Below, piece after piece: positions 45,369-55,069 of a stretch of DNA of 64,000 bases. Numbering within the stretch: position 1 is the stretch's first letter; each line of letters begins with the position of its first letter. The notes beneath the pieces were generated by a model that ran no database searches, had not been told where the DNA came from, and saw only the letters and a program-made list of their open reading frames with translations. The DNA is from Methylibium sp. (lineage in GTDB: Bacteria; Pseudomonadota; Gammaproteobacteria; Burkholderiales; Burkholderiaceae_C): the NCBI GenBank assembly GCA_031415135.1, contig JANORB010000038.1, forward strand, positions 22,139 through 86,138, given 5' to 3'. A program made the translations under genes and the position numbers.

Positions 45369-45517
45369 GTGCCGCCGGGGCCCGAGAGCCTGGTCACATC
45401 CGGACACGACGAGTCCGCGCAGTGAAGACGATTTCTCACCAGCCAAGGTATGCTCGCCTCGCTCCACGGACACGGGAAGAACACCGGATCGACGGAGCCA
45501 CTTGCCAGGAGCGTGTC

Positions 45518-45751
45518 ATGAAGATTGTCAGCGTCGCCGATGCAAAGAGTCGGCTGAGCGAGTTGATCGAACAGTTGGCCGAAGAAGAAGAGATCGTCAT
45601 CACCCGCCATGGCCAGCCGGTCGCGCGATTGCTGCCGGCGCTTCGAACCCGCCTGGCAGAGCACTCCATTTCGGCGCCCATTCCGCTGGCGCAAGAGACG
45701 CTGCCGGCCGCGCTGGAACCCACCGATTCCGCGCTGCTGGCCTTGCGCTGA
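45518..45751 (+). CDS. Phd/YefM-family antitoxin-like protein (no cognate toxin visible)
   Basis: MKIVSVADAKSRLSELIEQLAEEEEIVITRHGQPVARLLP is a canonical Phd/YefM N-terminal fold. Length 77 aa. Confidence 0.7.
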   Translation: MKIVSVADAKSRLSELIEQLAEEEEIVITRHGQPVARLLPALRTRLAEHSISAPIPLAQETLPAALEPTDSALLALR

Positions 45752-45805
45752 TTCGGCTTGGGTCGAGAATGAGCGGGCACGTTACGTGCTCGCCAGCGGA
45801 TTACC

Positions 45806-47083
45806 ATGAATCTGTTCATTCGCAACGCCACCCTGCCGGACGGCCGCACCGGGCAGGACCTGCGCATCGCGGCCGGCCGCATCGAAGCCATCGCGCCCGG
45901 CCTGCCGGCACCCGACGGCGCGCGCATCATCGACGCCGGGGGCTGGCTGTTGAGCCCGCCGTTCGTCGATTCCCATTTCCACCTGGACGCGACGCTGAGC
46001 CACGGCCTGCCGCGCGTCAACCAGAGCGGCACGCTGCTCGAAGGCATCGCGCTGTGGGGTGAGTTGAAGCCGCTGCTCACGCAAGAGGCGCTGGTCGAGC
46101 GTGCCTTGCAATACTGCGACTGGGCGGTGGCCAAGGGCCTGCTGGCGATTCGCACCCACGTCGATGTGTGCGACGACCGCTTGCTCGCGGTCGAGGCCTT
46201 GCTGCACGTCAAGGACCGCGTCAAGCCCTACCTGGACCTGCAACTCGTCGCCTTCCCGCAGGACGGCCTGCTGCGTTCGCCGACGGCGCTGGCCAACCTG
46301 AAACGCGCGCTGGCCATGGGCGTCGACGTGGTCGGCGGCATCCCACATTTCGAGCGCACCATGAGCGACGGTGCCGAGAGCGTGCGCATCTTGTGCGAAC
46401 TGGCGGCCGAGCGCGGCCTGCTTGTCGACATGCATTGCGACGAGAGCGACGACCCGCTGTCGCGCCACATCGAGACGCTGGTCTTTCACACCCAGCGGCT
46501 GGGCCTGCACGGGCGCGTGACCGGCTCGCACCTCACATCCATGCACTCGATGGACAACTACTACGTGTCCAAGCTGCTGCCGCTGATGCGCGAAGCGCAG
46601 GTGCATGCGGTGGCCAACCCGCTGATCAACATCACGCTGCAGGGCCGCCACGACAGCTACCCCAAACGGCGCGGCATGACGCGCGTGCCCGAGTTGCTGG
46701 CCGCCGGCATCAACGTGGGCTTCGGCCACGACTGCGTGATGGACCCGTGGTATTCACTCGGCTCGGCCGACATGCTCGAAGTCGCGCACATGGGCCTGCA
46801 CGTGGCGCAGATGACCTCGCAGGCGCAGATGCGCGCGTGTTTCGACGCGGTGACGGTGAACAACGCCCGGGTGATGGGCCTGGCCGGTTACGGCATCGAG
46901 GTGGGCCATGCGGCCGACTTCGTGTTGCTGCAGGCCCGCGACCCCGTCGAGGCGATTCGCCTGCGCGCCACCCGGCTGGCGGTGGTCCGGCGCGGGCAGG
47001 TGATTGCGCACAGCGCGCCGAGTGCGGCGACGCTGGCGCTGCCCGGACGGCCGTCCAGCGTGGACTGGATGCTGCGCCGCTGA
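45806..47083 (+). CDS. codA: cytosine deaminase
   Basis: Near-colinear with my memory of E. coli CodA: PPFVDSHFHLD, NQSGTLLEGI, IRTHVDV, LQLVAFPQDG, GGIPHFE, DMHCDESDD, GRHDSYPKRRGMTRV and GFGHDCVMDPWY. Confidence 0.88.
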   Translation: MNLFIRNATLPDGRTGQDLRIAAGRIEAIAPGLPAPDGARIIDAGGWLLSPPFVDSHFHLDATLSHGLPRVNQSGTLLEGIALWGELKPLLTQEALVERALQYCDWAVAKGLLAIRTHVDVCDDRLLAVEALLHVKDRVKPYLDLQLVAFPQDGLLRSPTALANLKRALAMGVDVVGGIPHFERTMSDGAESVRILCELAAERGLLVDMHCDESDDPLSRHIETLVFHTQRLGLHGRVTGSHLTSMHSMDNYYVSKLLPLMREAQVHAVANPLINITLQGRHDSYPKRRGMTRVPELLAAGINVGFGHDCVMDPWYSLGSADMLEVAHMGLHVAQMTSQAQMRACFDAVTVNNARVMGLAGYGIEVGHAADFVLLQARDPVEAIRLRATRLAVVRRGQVIAHSAPSAATLALPGRPSSVDWMLRR

Positions 47084-47094
47084 GTCGCCACGCG

Positions 47095-48180
47095 TCAGCG
47101 CGCGGCGGCCTCGCGGAAGAACCGGATGCGCTCGGCGTCGGCCGGGTGCGACGCGATGGCGATGCCCAGGTCGAGGCCCGGTTTCCGGCCCGTGGCCTGG
47201 CTCGGTTTTGCGGCGGCGTCGCGCGCGCCCACCTTCTCGAAGAAGTCGATCATCACCGCCGGCGACAGCCCGGCCGCTTTGAGAATCCTGACCGCATGCG
47301 CGTCGGCTTCGCGCTCCGCGTCGCGCGAGTAGCTGGCCTGGCCCAACAGCACCGGCGCGCCGGCCAGCAGCGTGCTGAAGTCGCCCAGCACCACGCTGGA
47401 CAGCGCCGCGATCGCTCCCGCCTGCACCAGCAAGCGCAGGCCGTGGCGCTGCGCCACATGGCCAAGCTCATGCCCGAGCACGCCGGTGATCACGGCTTCA
47501 TCGCCCTGCACCAGCGTCACCAGCGCGTCGGTCAGCACCAAGGTGCCACCGGGCAGCGCAAACGCGTTGGGGCCGATGCGGCCGCTGCGAAACTCGATGC
47601 GGTGCGCAGGTTCGCTGCCGGGCGGCAGCGCGTTGATGGCGCGCTCGAACGCGGCACGCAGGCGCTGCCGCTGCTCGGGTGGCAGCGTGCTGGGCCGAAG
47701 CAGTTCTTGATCGAGCGCCTCCAGCGCCGATTCGCCGAGGGTCCGGTCCACGCTCAGCGGCGTGGCGGCCACCGCCACGCGGCCCAGCCACGGCACGCCC
47801 CACAGGTAAAGTGCGCCCACCAGCAGCGCCAGCGCGGCCACGCTGGCCAGCACCCAGCGCCAGCTTTGCTGCGCATGCACCACCAGAGAGTCGTTGCGTC
47901 CGGCGGCCTTGACCCAGGCATCCCAGGCATCGGCATCGCTGCAGTGCAGCGAGCCGCCGCCGGGCAGTTGCGCCACCCTCGGCCCGTGGCGGGTGCGCTC
48001 CGGCCAGCGAACCCGGTCCGCAGCCACGGTCAGCTCGACGCTGTCGCCGCCGATCCACAGCTCGTTGCCGGCCAGGCGCAAGCGCACCGCGTGGGCGCGG
48101 GCGCTGCGGCCGTCGAAGTAGTCGGCGCTGACTTGACGCGGGGCGCCAAGCCCGCCCACGGTGGGCGCTGCAGCGGTCAC
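47095..48180 (-). CDS. M48-family metallopeptidase with N-terminal extension and TM segment
   Basis: HELGHVAQRH zinc motif, downstream SRDAEREAD, and a TM helix VLASVAALALLVGALYLWG. GTG start overlaps the upstream stop (TAGTG). Confidence 0.85.
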   Translation of the reverse strand: MTAAAPTVGGLGAPRQVSADYFDGRSARAHAVRLRLAGNELWIGGDSVELTVAADRVRWPERTRHGPRVAQLPGGGSLHCSDADAWDAWVKAAGRNDSLVVHAQQSWRWVLASVAALALLVGALYLWGVPWLGRVAVAATPLSVDRTLGESALEALDQELLRPSTLPPEQRQRLRAAFERAINALPPGSEPAHRIEFRSGRIGPNAFALPGGTLVLTDALVTLVQGDEAVITGVLGHELGHVAQRHGLRLLVQAGAIAALSSVVLGDFSTLLAGAPVLLGQASYSRDAEREADAHAVRILKAAGLSPAVMIDFFEKVGARDAAAKPSQATGRKPGLDLGIAIASHPADAERIRFFREAAAR

Positions 48181-49379
48181 TACAGGCCGACGTCCAGGCC
48201 GAACAGGTCACCGGCGGCGTCGCCGGCGGCTTCGCCTTCGGCGGCGCGCGCGTCGTCGATCAACTCGGCGGGGTCGACGCGGGTGATCACGTTGACGGCC
48301 TGCAAGCGCATGCGCGTCAGCGCCACCGTGGCGAAAGGCCAGTAGAGCCCCAGGGTCAGCAGCATCAGCAACCAGTTCTTCACGGTCAGCATCAGCAGCG
48401 GCTTGAACTTCAGCCGGCTGCGGAACCGCATCACCTTGTTGCCGGTGCGCGACCACAGCAGATTCTGCATGCGCGAGGTGAAATAAGGGCGCGGAATGAT
48501 CTGCAGCGCCAGCAGGCCGATCAAGCCCGCCAGCAGCGCGGCCATGATGACCGCCATCACGCTGGCCCCGCCGCGCCCCGGCAGCAGGCCGGCAAACCCG
48601 GCCGTGCCCAAGCCGAGCAGCGCACCGAAGATCGCCACCAGCACCAGCAGGAACACGGCCAGGGTCTTCAGGAAGACGACATAGAAGGCCCAGGTTCCGG
48701 TGCGCAATTCGGTCTGCAACTGGCCCAGGCCGTAGTGTTGATGCTGGTACTGCTTGAGCTTGAACCACAACCACGGCAACACCAGCAGGCTGACCAGGGT
48801 CACCAGCGCCGCGAAGGCCGCATACCACTGGGGCGGGCGCTCGGGATCGGGCACCCCCACCAGCGCGGCCAGGATCAGCAGGCCGGGCACGAACAGCGGC
48901 AGCATGGCCCGGTACGCACCGCCCACCGTCCCGGTGAAGCGAAACCGCAGGCCGCGCCAGCTGGTGTTGGCCAGGCGGAACTGCAGCGACGACTTCAGCA
49001 GCGCCGGCCAGATGGCCGCCACCACCAGGAATGCCACCAGCCCGGCCACCGGCGAGAACTTGCCCGCCGCCGAATACAACAGCAGCAGCAGCCCCACCAG
49101 CAGGTAACCACGCAGCATTTTCAGCGGGCTGCCATGGAAGTCCAGCGGCTGCCCGTCGACCAGCGTGTTGCCGTAAAAATAGCGCAGCCGGCGCACCTTG
49201 GCCCACGGGTAGTACAGGCTCAGCGTGACCAGCATCAGCAGCAGGTTGACGCTCCAGATGCGAAAGTATTCGCTGCCCGAACCGGTGAAACGCACGTCGA
49301 GCAAATGGTCCCGGATCTGGGCCGACCCAAACGACATTCGTTGCCGGGTCGGCGGGTCGGAGAAGGTCGATGGACTCAT
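48180..49379 (-). CDS. YjgN-family (DUF898) membrane protein
   Basis: FTGSGSEYFRIWSVNLLLMLVTLSLYYPWAKVR, repeated again near the C-terminus (LMLLTLGLYWPFATV). Confidence 0.82.
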   Translation of the reverse strand: MSPSTFSDPPTRQRMSFGSAQIRDHLLDVRFTGSGSEYFRIWSVNLLLMLVTLSLYYPWAKVRRLRYFYGNTLVDGQPLDFHGSPLKMLRGYLLVGLLLLLYSAAGKFSPVAGLVAFLVVAAIWPALLKSSLQFRLANTSWRGLRFRFTGTVGGAYRAMLPLFVPGLLILAALVGVPDPERPPQWYAAFAALVTLVSLLVLPWLWFKLKQYQHQHYGLGQLQTELRTGTWAFYVVFLKTLAVFLLVLVAIFGALLGLGTAGFAGLLPGRGGASVMAVIMAALLAGLIGLLALQIIPRPYFTSRMQNLLWSRTGNKVMRFRSRLKFKPLLMLTVKNWLLMLLTLGLYWPFATVALTRMRLQAVNVITRVDPAELIDDARAAEGEAAGDAAGDLFGLDVGL

Positions 49380-49498
49380 GTTGATTCTCCGCCCCGCATG
49401 GGTCCGTGGCGGGAGCGCTCCCTGTTTTCAAACTCTACCATTCGTGTGTGGCGAGCGATGGCTAGAATCATCCGCACCAGGGACAACCACACAAAAAC

Positions 49499-50113
49499 AT
49501 GAAACTCATCGGCGCGCTCACCAGCCCTTACGTGCGCAAGGTCCGCATCGTCATGGCGGAGAAAAAACTCGACTACCAGTTCGTGCTGGAAGACGTGTGG
49601 GCGAGCGACGCGATCCTCAAGTCCAACCCCCTCGGAAAAGTGCCGTGCCTGGTGCTCGAGGGCGGCGAGGCGGTGTTCGATTCGCGTGTGATCGTCGAGT
49701 ACCTCGACACCCGCTCGCCGGTCAGCCGGCTGATCCCCGAGGGCAGCCGCGAGCGCACCGAAGTGCGCACCTGGGAAGCCCTGGCCGACGGGCTGCTCGA
49801 CGCGGCGCTGCTGGTGCGCCTGGAGCAGACCTGGGCCGGCCGCACCGAGGCGCAGCGCAGCAGCGCCTGGATCGAGCGCCAGACGGGCAAGATCCACGCC
49901 TCGCTCGCGGCCATGGCCACCGGCCTGGGCGAGCGGCCGTGGTGTTCGGGCAACCACATGTCGCTGGCCGACATCGCCACCGGCTGTGCGCTGGGCTACC
50001 TGGACTTCCGGTTTGCGGCGCTCGACTGGCGCTCACCGCACCCGCGGCTCAAGCGGCTGTACGACAAGCTCGCGTTGCGGCAGAGTTTTGTCGACAGCGC
50101 GCCGCCCGCGTAG
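49499..50113 (+). CDS. glutathione S-transferase family protein
   Basis: SPYVRKVRIVMAEKKL...NPLGKVPCL...VFDSRVIVEYLD is a GST N-terminal thioredoxin fold. Confidence 0.88.
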   Translation: MKLIGALTSPYVRKVRIVMAEKKLDYQFVLEDVWASDAILKSNPLGKVPCLVLEGGEAVFDSRVIVEYLDTRSPVSRLIPEGSRERTEVRTWEALADGLLDAALLVRLEQTWAGRTEAQRSSAWIERQTGKIHASLAAMATGLGERPWCSGNHMSLADIATGCALGYLDFRFAALDWRSPHPRLKRLYDKLALRQSFVDSAPPA

Positions 50114-50128
50114 CCGAGCGCCGGCGGC

Positions 50129-50782
50129 TTACGCCGGGTGGGTGCTCAACTCGACGGCACTGATGTCGGATTGCAGCTTGCGGTACAGCGAGCGCGTGCT
50201 GAGCCCGATGCGGTGCTCGCTGGTGCGCATCTCGCGCGCGATTTCGCACGCCAGGTAGCCTTCGCTGGCCCGGTTCAGCATCCGATGTTCCGATTCGGTC
50301 AGTCCCGGCGCCGGTCGCGCGCCGTCCAGGGCGCGCCCATCGGCCCGGCCCGGTTGCCTGAAATGCGCCTTGAGCCAGCGCGCGATCGGCGGCGACATCG
50401 GTGACTCGCCCGCCAGCACCTGCCGGATGGCATCGGCCACCGCGTGGATCGGGTTGCCGTGAATGAAGTAGCCGTGCGCACCATGGCGCAGCGCCTGCAT
50501 CAGGCGCCGATCGTCGAGCGCCATCGCGAGCGCGATCACCATCACTCGGGGCCGTTCGGACGGCTCGCGGCGGCGCCATTCGGCCAACAAGTCGATCAGC
50601 CGTTCGTCGCCCACGCGCAGATCGGCCACCAGCACATCGGCGCCACCGCGGTCGATGCACTGGCGCGCCTGGGCCAGCGTGTTCGCCATGCCGGCGACGT
50701 GCATGCCCGGCTCTTTGACGATCGCTCTGCGCAGGCACTCTCCCACCAGGGGGTTGTGCTGCAGCAACACGATGCTGACCAT
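50129..50782 (-). CDS. LuxR-family regulator with atypical receiver domain
   Basis: C-terminal HTH LTESEHRMLNRASEGYLACEIAREMRTSEHRI. The receiver-like N-terminus reads LLQHNPLV where canonical regulators have VDDHPLV. Start at MVSIVLL; the longer ORF overlaps the next gene. Confidence 0.75.
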   Translation of the reverse strand: MVSIVLLQHNPLVGECLRRAIVKEPGMHVAGMANTLAQARQCIDRGGADVLVADLRVGDERLIDLLAEWRRREPSERPRVMVIALAMALDDRRLMQALRHGAHGYFIHGNPIHAVADAIRQVLAGESPMSPPIARWLKAHFRQPGRADGRALDGARPAPGLTESEHRMLNRASEGYLACEIAREMRTSEHRIGLSTRSLYRKLQSDISAVELSTHPA

Positions 50783-50900
50783 GAAACGCTCGCCCCCCAA
50801 GGTTGCAAAGGGCTCCATTGTTTCCGCCGCGGCGCCGCGTGCCATCCCGCGATCCGGGGTCATCCCCGCGTTCGGGGGGAGCGCTGACAGGCGGAAAACG

Positions 50901-51800
50901 TCAAGCGGCGCACAGGTGCGCCAGCAGCGCCGAAGCCGTTTCAGCGGGCAACTCCTCAGGCAGGAAGTGGCCACCGGCCAGCACCGCCGCGCTGACCTTG
51001 CGCGCGCATTGCGCCTGCCACAGTTCGACCGGCTTGAACAGGCGTTGCACCACGCCGCGCGCGGCCCACAGCACCAGCGTGTCGCAGGCAATTCTGTGCC
51101 CAGCGGCACGCGAGGCGCGGTCGTGTTCAAGGTCGATGCCGGCCGCGGCCCGGTAGTCTTCACACGCCGCGTGAATCGCCTCGGGCCGGCAGAAGCAGCG
51201 TTCGTATTCCGCCAGCGCCTGCGGCTCGATGTGGTTCAACCCGGCCGCGCCCCAGCCGCCGAGCGTCCAGTGCAGGTAGAAACGAGGGTCGCCGCCGATC
51301 ATGCGTTCGGGCAGCGGCGTGGGCTGGATCAGGTGGAACCAGTGGTAGTAGGCGCTGGCGAAGCGCATGTCGGTCGCCTCGTACATGTCCAGCGTCGGGG
51401 CGATGTCGATCACGCACAGCCGGCTCACCCGTTCAGCATGGTCGAGGGCGAGCCGATGCGCCACGCGGCCGCCGCGGTCGTGCCCCACCACGGCAAAGCG
51501 CGGGTGGCCGAGTTGGCTCATCAACCCGGCCATGTCGTGCGCCAGCGCGCGCTTGCTGTAGTTGGCGTGGTCGGGGTCGCCGGGCGGTTTGGATGAATCC
51601 CCGTAGCCGCGCAGGTCGGGCAGCACCAGCCGGAAGTGCTCGGCCAGCGGCAGCGCCACCCGGTGCCACATCGCGTGCGTCTGCGGGAAGCCATGCAGCA
51701 ACAGCAACGGCGGGCCGTCGGGGCGGCCACCGGTGCGCGCGAAAATCTCGACGCCGTTGACATTGAAACGGTGCTGCTCGAATCCATTGAACCATGTCAT
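50901..51800 (-). CDS. alpha/beta hydrolase (haloacetate dehalogenase/epoxide hydrolase-like)
   Basis: LLLLHGFPQTHAMW, LRGYGDS, and the nucleophile elbow VVGHDRGGRVAH (Asp nucleophile type). Confidence 0.85.
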   Translation of the reverse strand: MTWFNGFEQHRFNVNGVEIFARTGGRPDGPPLLLLHGFPQTHAMWHRVALPLAEHFRLVLPDLRGYGDSSKPPGDPDHANYSKRALAHDMAGLMSQLGHPRFAVVGHDRGGRVAHRLALDHAERVSRLCVIDIAPTLDMYEATDMRFASAYYHWFHLIQPTPLPERMIGGDPRFYLHWTLGGWGAAGLNHIEPQALAEYERCFCRPEAIHAACEDYRAAAGIDLEHDRASRAAGHRIACDTLVLWAARGVVQRLFKPVELWQAQCARKVSAAVLAGGHFLPEELPAETASALLAHLCAA

Positions 51801-51914
51801 CTCGTCTCCTCGCCGCCTGAGCTGCGATGTACATGCTGCAAACGCTGGCCGCTATGATGCCCCGAACCCGTGCGAGGCGGCTTGAACAACAAGAACAGTC
51901 ACCCAGGAGGCGCA

Positions 51915-54900
51915 TTGAGCAGCAAGACCGGAAGCGACCTGTTCATCGTCGACAACAGCGATGAAGAGTGGAAGGTTCTCAGCTACCTCTCCGAGTGGAC
52001 TGAAATCTCGTCCAAGTTCGATATCGCCACGGGCTACTTCGAAATTGGCTCGCTGCTGGCGCTCGATGGTAAGTGGCAGCGCCTCGATCAGATTCGCATC
52101 CTGATGGGCGACGAGGTCACGAAGCGAACCCACCGGGCATTGCTGGAGGGCATCGCCCTCATCGCGAACATGCTTGACGACAGCATCGAGCAGGAAAAGA
52201 CCAAGAACGATTTCCTTTCCGGCGTACCGGCCATCGTTCAGGCCTTGGTCGATGGTCGAATCGTTTGTCGTGTCTACGCCAAGAAGAAGTTTCACGCCAA
52301 GGCCTACATCACGCATTCAAAGCTCGCGGTTGTCGGCTCTTCGGCGCTGGTCGGCTCAAGCAATTTCACGGCCAAGGGCTTGACCGCCAACGTCGAATTG
52401 AACGTCCAGCTGCGGCGCGAAGTCGAAGAGTTGCAGCGCTGGTTCGATCTTCACTGGGGCGAAGCCGATGACGTGACAAGCGATGTCCTGAAAGTCATCG
52501 AGCGGCACACGCACCTGTACTTGCCGTTCGAGGTCTACGCCAAGGCCTTGCAGGCCTACTTCCGCAACCACGAAGTCACGGTCGGGGAGTGGGAGCGCAA
52601 CCACTCTGCGATGTATCCGCTGCTCGACCAATATCAACGCGACGGGTACGGCTCCCTGCTCAAGATCGCCGGCAAATACGGCGGCGCGTTCCTGTGCGAC
52701 GGTGTCGGTCTGGGCAAGACGTTCGTCGGGCTCATGCTGATCGAACGCCTTGTTGTGCATGAGCGTAAGAAGGTCGTGCTGGTTGTGCCGAAGTCGGGCC
52801 GAGAGCCCGTGTGGGAAACCAACCTTCGCAAGCTACTGCCGCAGTTGTTCGGTGACTTCTCCAACCTGGTCGTCATCAATCACACCGATCTGCAACGCGG
52901 TGGCGAATGGCAAGAGCGTATCGCTCGCCTCAAAGCCCAGGCCGATGTTGTGGTGGTCGATGAAGCGCATCACTTCCGCAATCCAGCCAACACCAAGGAG
53001 CGTTCACGCTACTGGCGCCTTTTCGATCTCTGCGAGGACAAGCAGGTGTTCATGCTGACCGCCACGCCGATCAACAACCGGTTGATCGATTTGCAGCACC
53101 TGATGGAACACTTCTCACGGCGGCAGCCCGACTTTTTCAAGGACACCTTGGGCATTCACTCGCTGCCTGGCCACTTCCGAAAGCTTGAGAAGGACCTGGA
53201 GAAGCGCGTCGGCGCCGATGGCATGCAAGCCGAGTTGCCAGGCTTGGAAGCTGCCGATCTCTTGGCGCACGACAACCTGTTCAGCGAACTCGTGGTGCAA
53301 CGCAGTCGCGCCTATGTGCGCCGCAGCCAGGAGCAACTCGGTGGCAAGCTGGCGATCTTTCCCGATCGCGCGCCGCCCAAGGTGGCCAACTACTCGATCA
53401 AGAAGACCTACGGCAACCTGCTGACCAAGCTCGAAAAGGCCTTCAACCGCCGCAACCCGCTGTTTGCGTTGCCGATGTACTACCCCTTGGCCTACGCCAA
53501 GGGGCCTGTGCAAGATGGCTTGGAAGAGAACCGCCAGAAGCAGGTGGTCGGCCTGATTCGCATCCTCTTTCTGAAGCGGTTCGAAAGCTCTGCGCGTGCC
53601 TTTGAATCGTCATGCCAACAACTGCTCTTGAAGGTCATGGCCTTCGTGTCGGTGAACAGCACCACCAAGCACGAGCAATCGGCGTTCGAGCGTTGGAGGG
53701 TGCGCCATGAAGAGTTGCTCGGTCATGTCGACACCCGCCAAAAGGCGCTCTTCGGTGAGTTTGACGAAGAGGCCGACGAAGACATCATCCCCGAGGAAAT
53801 GCTGGAGGCGGCCGACAAGCTCGACCGCGAGCAATTCGACATCGCGCAAATGCTGTCGGAGTCGCTGCAAGACCTGGATCAGCTCGCCGAATTTCTCAAC
53901 GAGCTGCGCCAGTTCAAGCCGCAGCACGACGACAAGCTCAAGGCGCTGATCGAACTGCTGAAGACCGACCCCGTCCTCAAGAAGCACAAGGTGCTGATCT
54001 TCAGCGAGTTCCAGACCACCGCCCGCTACCTGGCCGAGGAACTCGACAAGGCCGGCATCAAGGGCCTCGACCAAATCGACAGCGCGACCAAGCGCGACCG
54101 TGGCGACGTGATCCGCCAGTTCGCGCCGTATTACAACGGCCTGTCGAGCAAGGAACTCGCTGACCGCGACCAGCCGGAAACACGCGTGTTGATCGCCACC
54201 GACGTGCTCTCCGAAGGCCTCAACCTGCAAGACGCCACCCGCCTCATCAACTATGACCTGCACTGGAACCCGGTGCGCTTGATGCAACGCATTGGCCGTG
54301 TCGATCGCCGCCTGAACCCGGCCATCGAGAAGCAGATGCTCAAGGATCACCCCGCCGTCAAACCCATTCGTGGTTCTGTCGAGTACTGGAACTTCCTGCC
54401 GCCCGATGAGCTGGACGAACTGCTCAAGCTCTACAAGAAGGTCAGCAACAAGACGCTGTTAATCTCCAAAACGCTGGGCATCGAGGGCAAGAAACTGCTG
54501 CGGCCCGACGACGACTTCGCGGCTCTCAAGGACTTCGATCACGCCTATGCGGGCGAGCCCACTGCGCTGGAGACCATGCACCTGGAGTACCAACGCCTGC
54601 TTGTTGCACACCCCGACCTGCCACAGCGGCTCGAAGCATTGCCCGGCCGCGTGTTCAGCGGCAAGGCGCATCCGCGGCTTGGCACCCAGGCCGTGTTCTT
54701 TTGCGTCGGCCTGCCGGCGCGTGACGCCTCGATCACCGAGCCAGCGACCGAAGCCGAAGGTTGGACGCTGGAGGCCGGCAGCACCGCTTGGTTGATGGCC
54801 GACGTGGCCAGTGGCCAGATCGTCGATGACACCGCCACCATCGATGCCGCAATCCATTGCGAACCGCAGACGCCGCGCCATTGCGAGATCGCACAAGCGA

Positions 54901-55016
54901 CCTTGGGCGAGCTGCGCGCGAAGATTGAGAAGCATTTGAAGAACAGCTACTTCAAGCAGGTGCAGGCGCCGGTCGGCGTGGTGCCGCAACTCATCGCGTG
55001 GATGGAGCTGAACTGA
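51915..55016 (+). CDS. PLD(HKD)-nuclease domain fused to SNF2-family helicase
   Basis: AGGAGG sits 5 nt before TTG 51915 (alternative start 51870). HKD motif KKKFHAKAYI...VGSSNFT. SNF2 motifs DGVGLGKT, VVVDEAHHFRN, MLTATPINN, LIFSEF, LIATDVLSEGLNLQ and QRIGRVDR. Confidence 0.88.
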   Translation: MSSKTGSDLFIVDNSDEEWKVLSYLSEWTEISSKFDIATGYFEIGSLLALDGKWQRLDQIRILMGDEVTKRTHRALLEGIALIANMLDDSIEQEKTKNDFLSGVPAIVQALVDGRIVCRVYAKKKFHAKAYITHSKLAVVGSSALVGSSNFTAKGLTANVELNVQLRREVEELQRWFDLHWGEADDVTSDVLKVIERHTHLYLPFEVYAKALQAYFRNHEVTVGEWERNHSAMYPLLDQYQRDGYGSLLKIAGKYGGAFLCDGVGLGKTFVGLMLIERLVVHERKKVVLVVPKSGREPVWETNLRKLLPQLFGDFSNLVVINHTDLQRGGEWQERIARLKAQADVVVVDEAHHFRNPANTKERSRYWRLFDLCEDKQVFMLTATPINNRLIDLQHLMEHFSRRQPDFFKDTLGIHSLPGHFRKLEKDLEKRVGADGMQAELPGLEAADLLAHDNLFSELVVQRSRAYVRRSQEQLGGKLAIFPDRAPPKVANYSIKKTYGNLLTKLEKAFNRRNPLFALPMYYPLAYAKGPVQDGLEENRQKQVVGLIRILFLKRFESSARAFESSCQQLLLKVMAFVSVNSTTKHEQSAFERWRVRHEELLGHVDTRQKALFGEFDEEADEDIIPEEMLEAADKLDREQFDIAQMLSESLQDLDQLAEFLNELRQFKPQHDDKLKALIELLKTDPVLKKHKVLIFSEFQTTARYLAEELDKAGIKGLDQIDSATKRDRGDVIRQFAPYYNGLSSKELADRDQPETRVLIATDVLSEGLNLQDATRLINYDLHWNPVRLMQRIGRVDRRLNPAIEKQMLKDHPAVKPIRGSVEYWNFLPPDELDELLKLYKKVSNKTLLISKTLGIEGKKLLRPDDDFAALKDFDHAYAGEPTALETMHLEYQRLLVAHPDLPQRLEALPGRVFSGKAHPRLGTQAVFFCVGLPARDASITEPATEAEGWTLEAGSTAWLMADVASGQIVDDTATIDAAIHCEPQTPRHCEIAQATLGELRAKIEKHLKNSYFKQVQAPVGVVPQLIAWMELN

Positions 55017-55026
55017 ACTGAACTGA
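55008..55026. repeat. pentanucleotide repeat (CTGAA x3 + CTGA) containing the helicase stop codon
   Basis: gagCTGAACTGAACTGAACTGAcg. TGA is reached in every frame. Confidence 0.85.
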
Positions 55027-55069
55027 CGAACAACGAGCGCTCCGAACCGGGCGCAGGGAGATCACCGCC

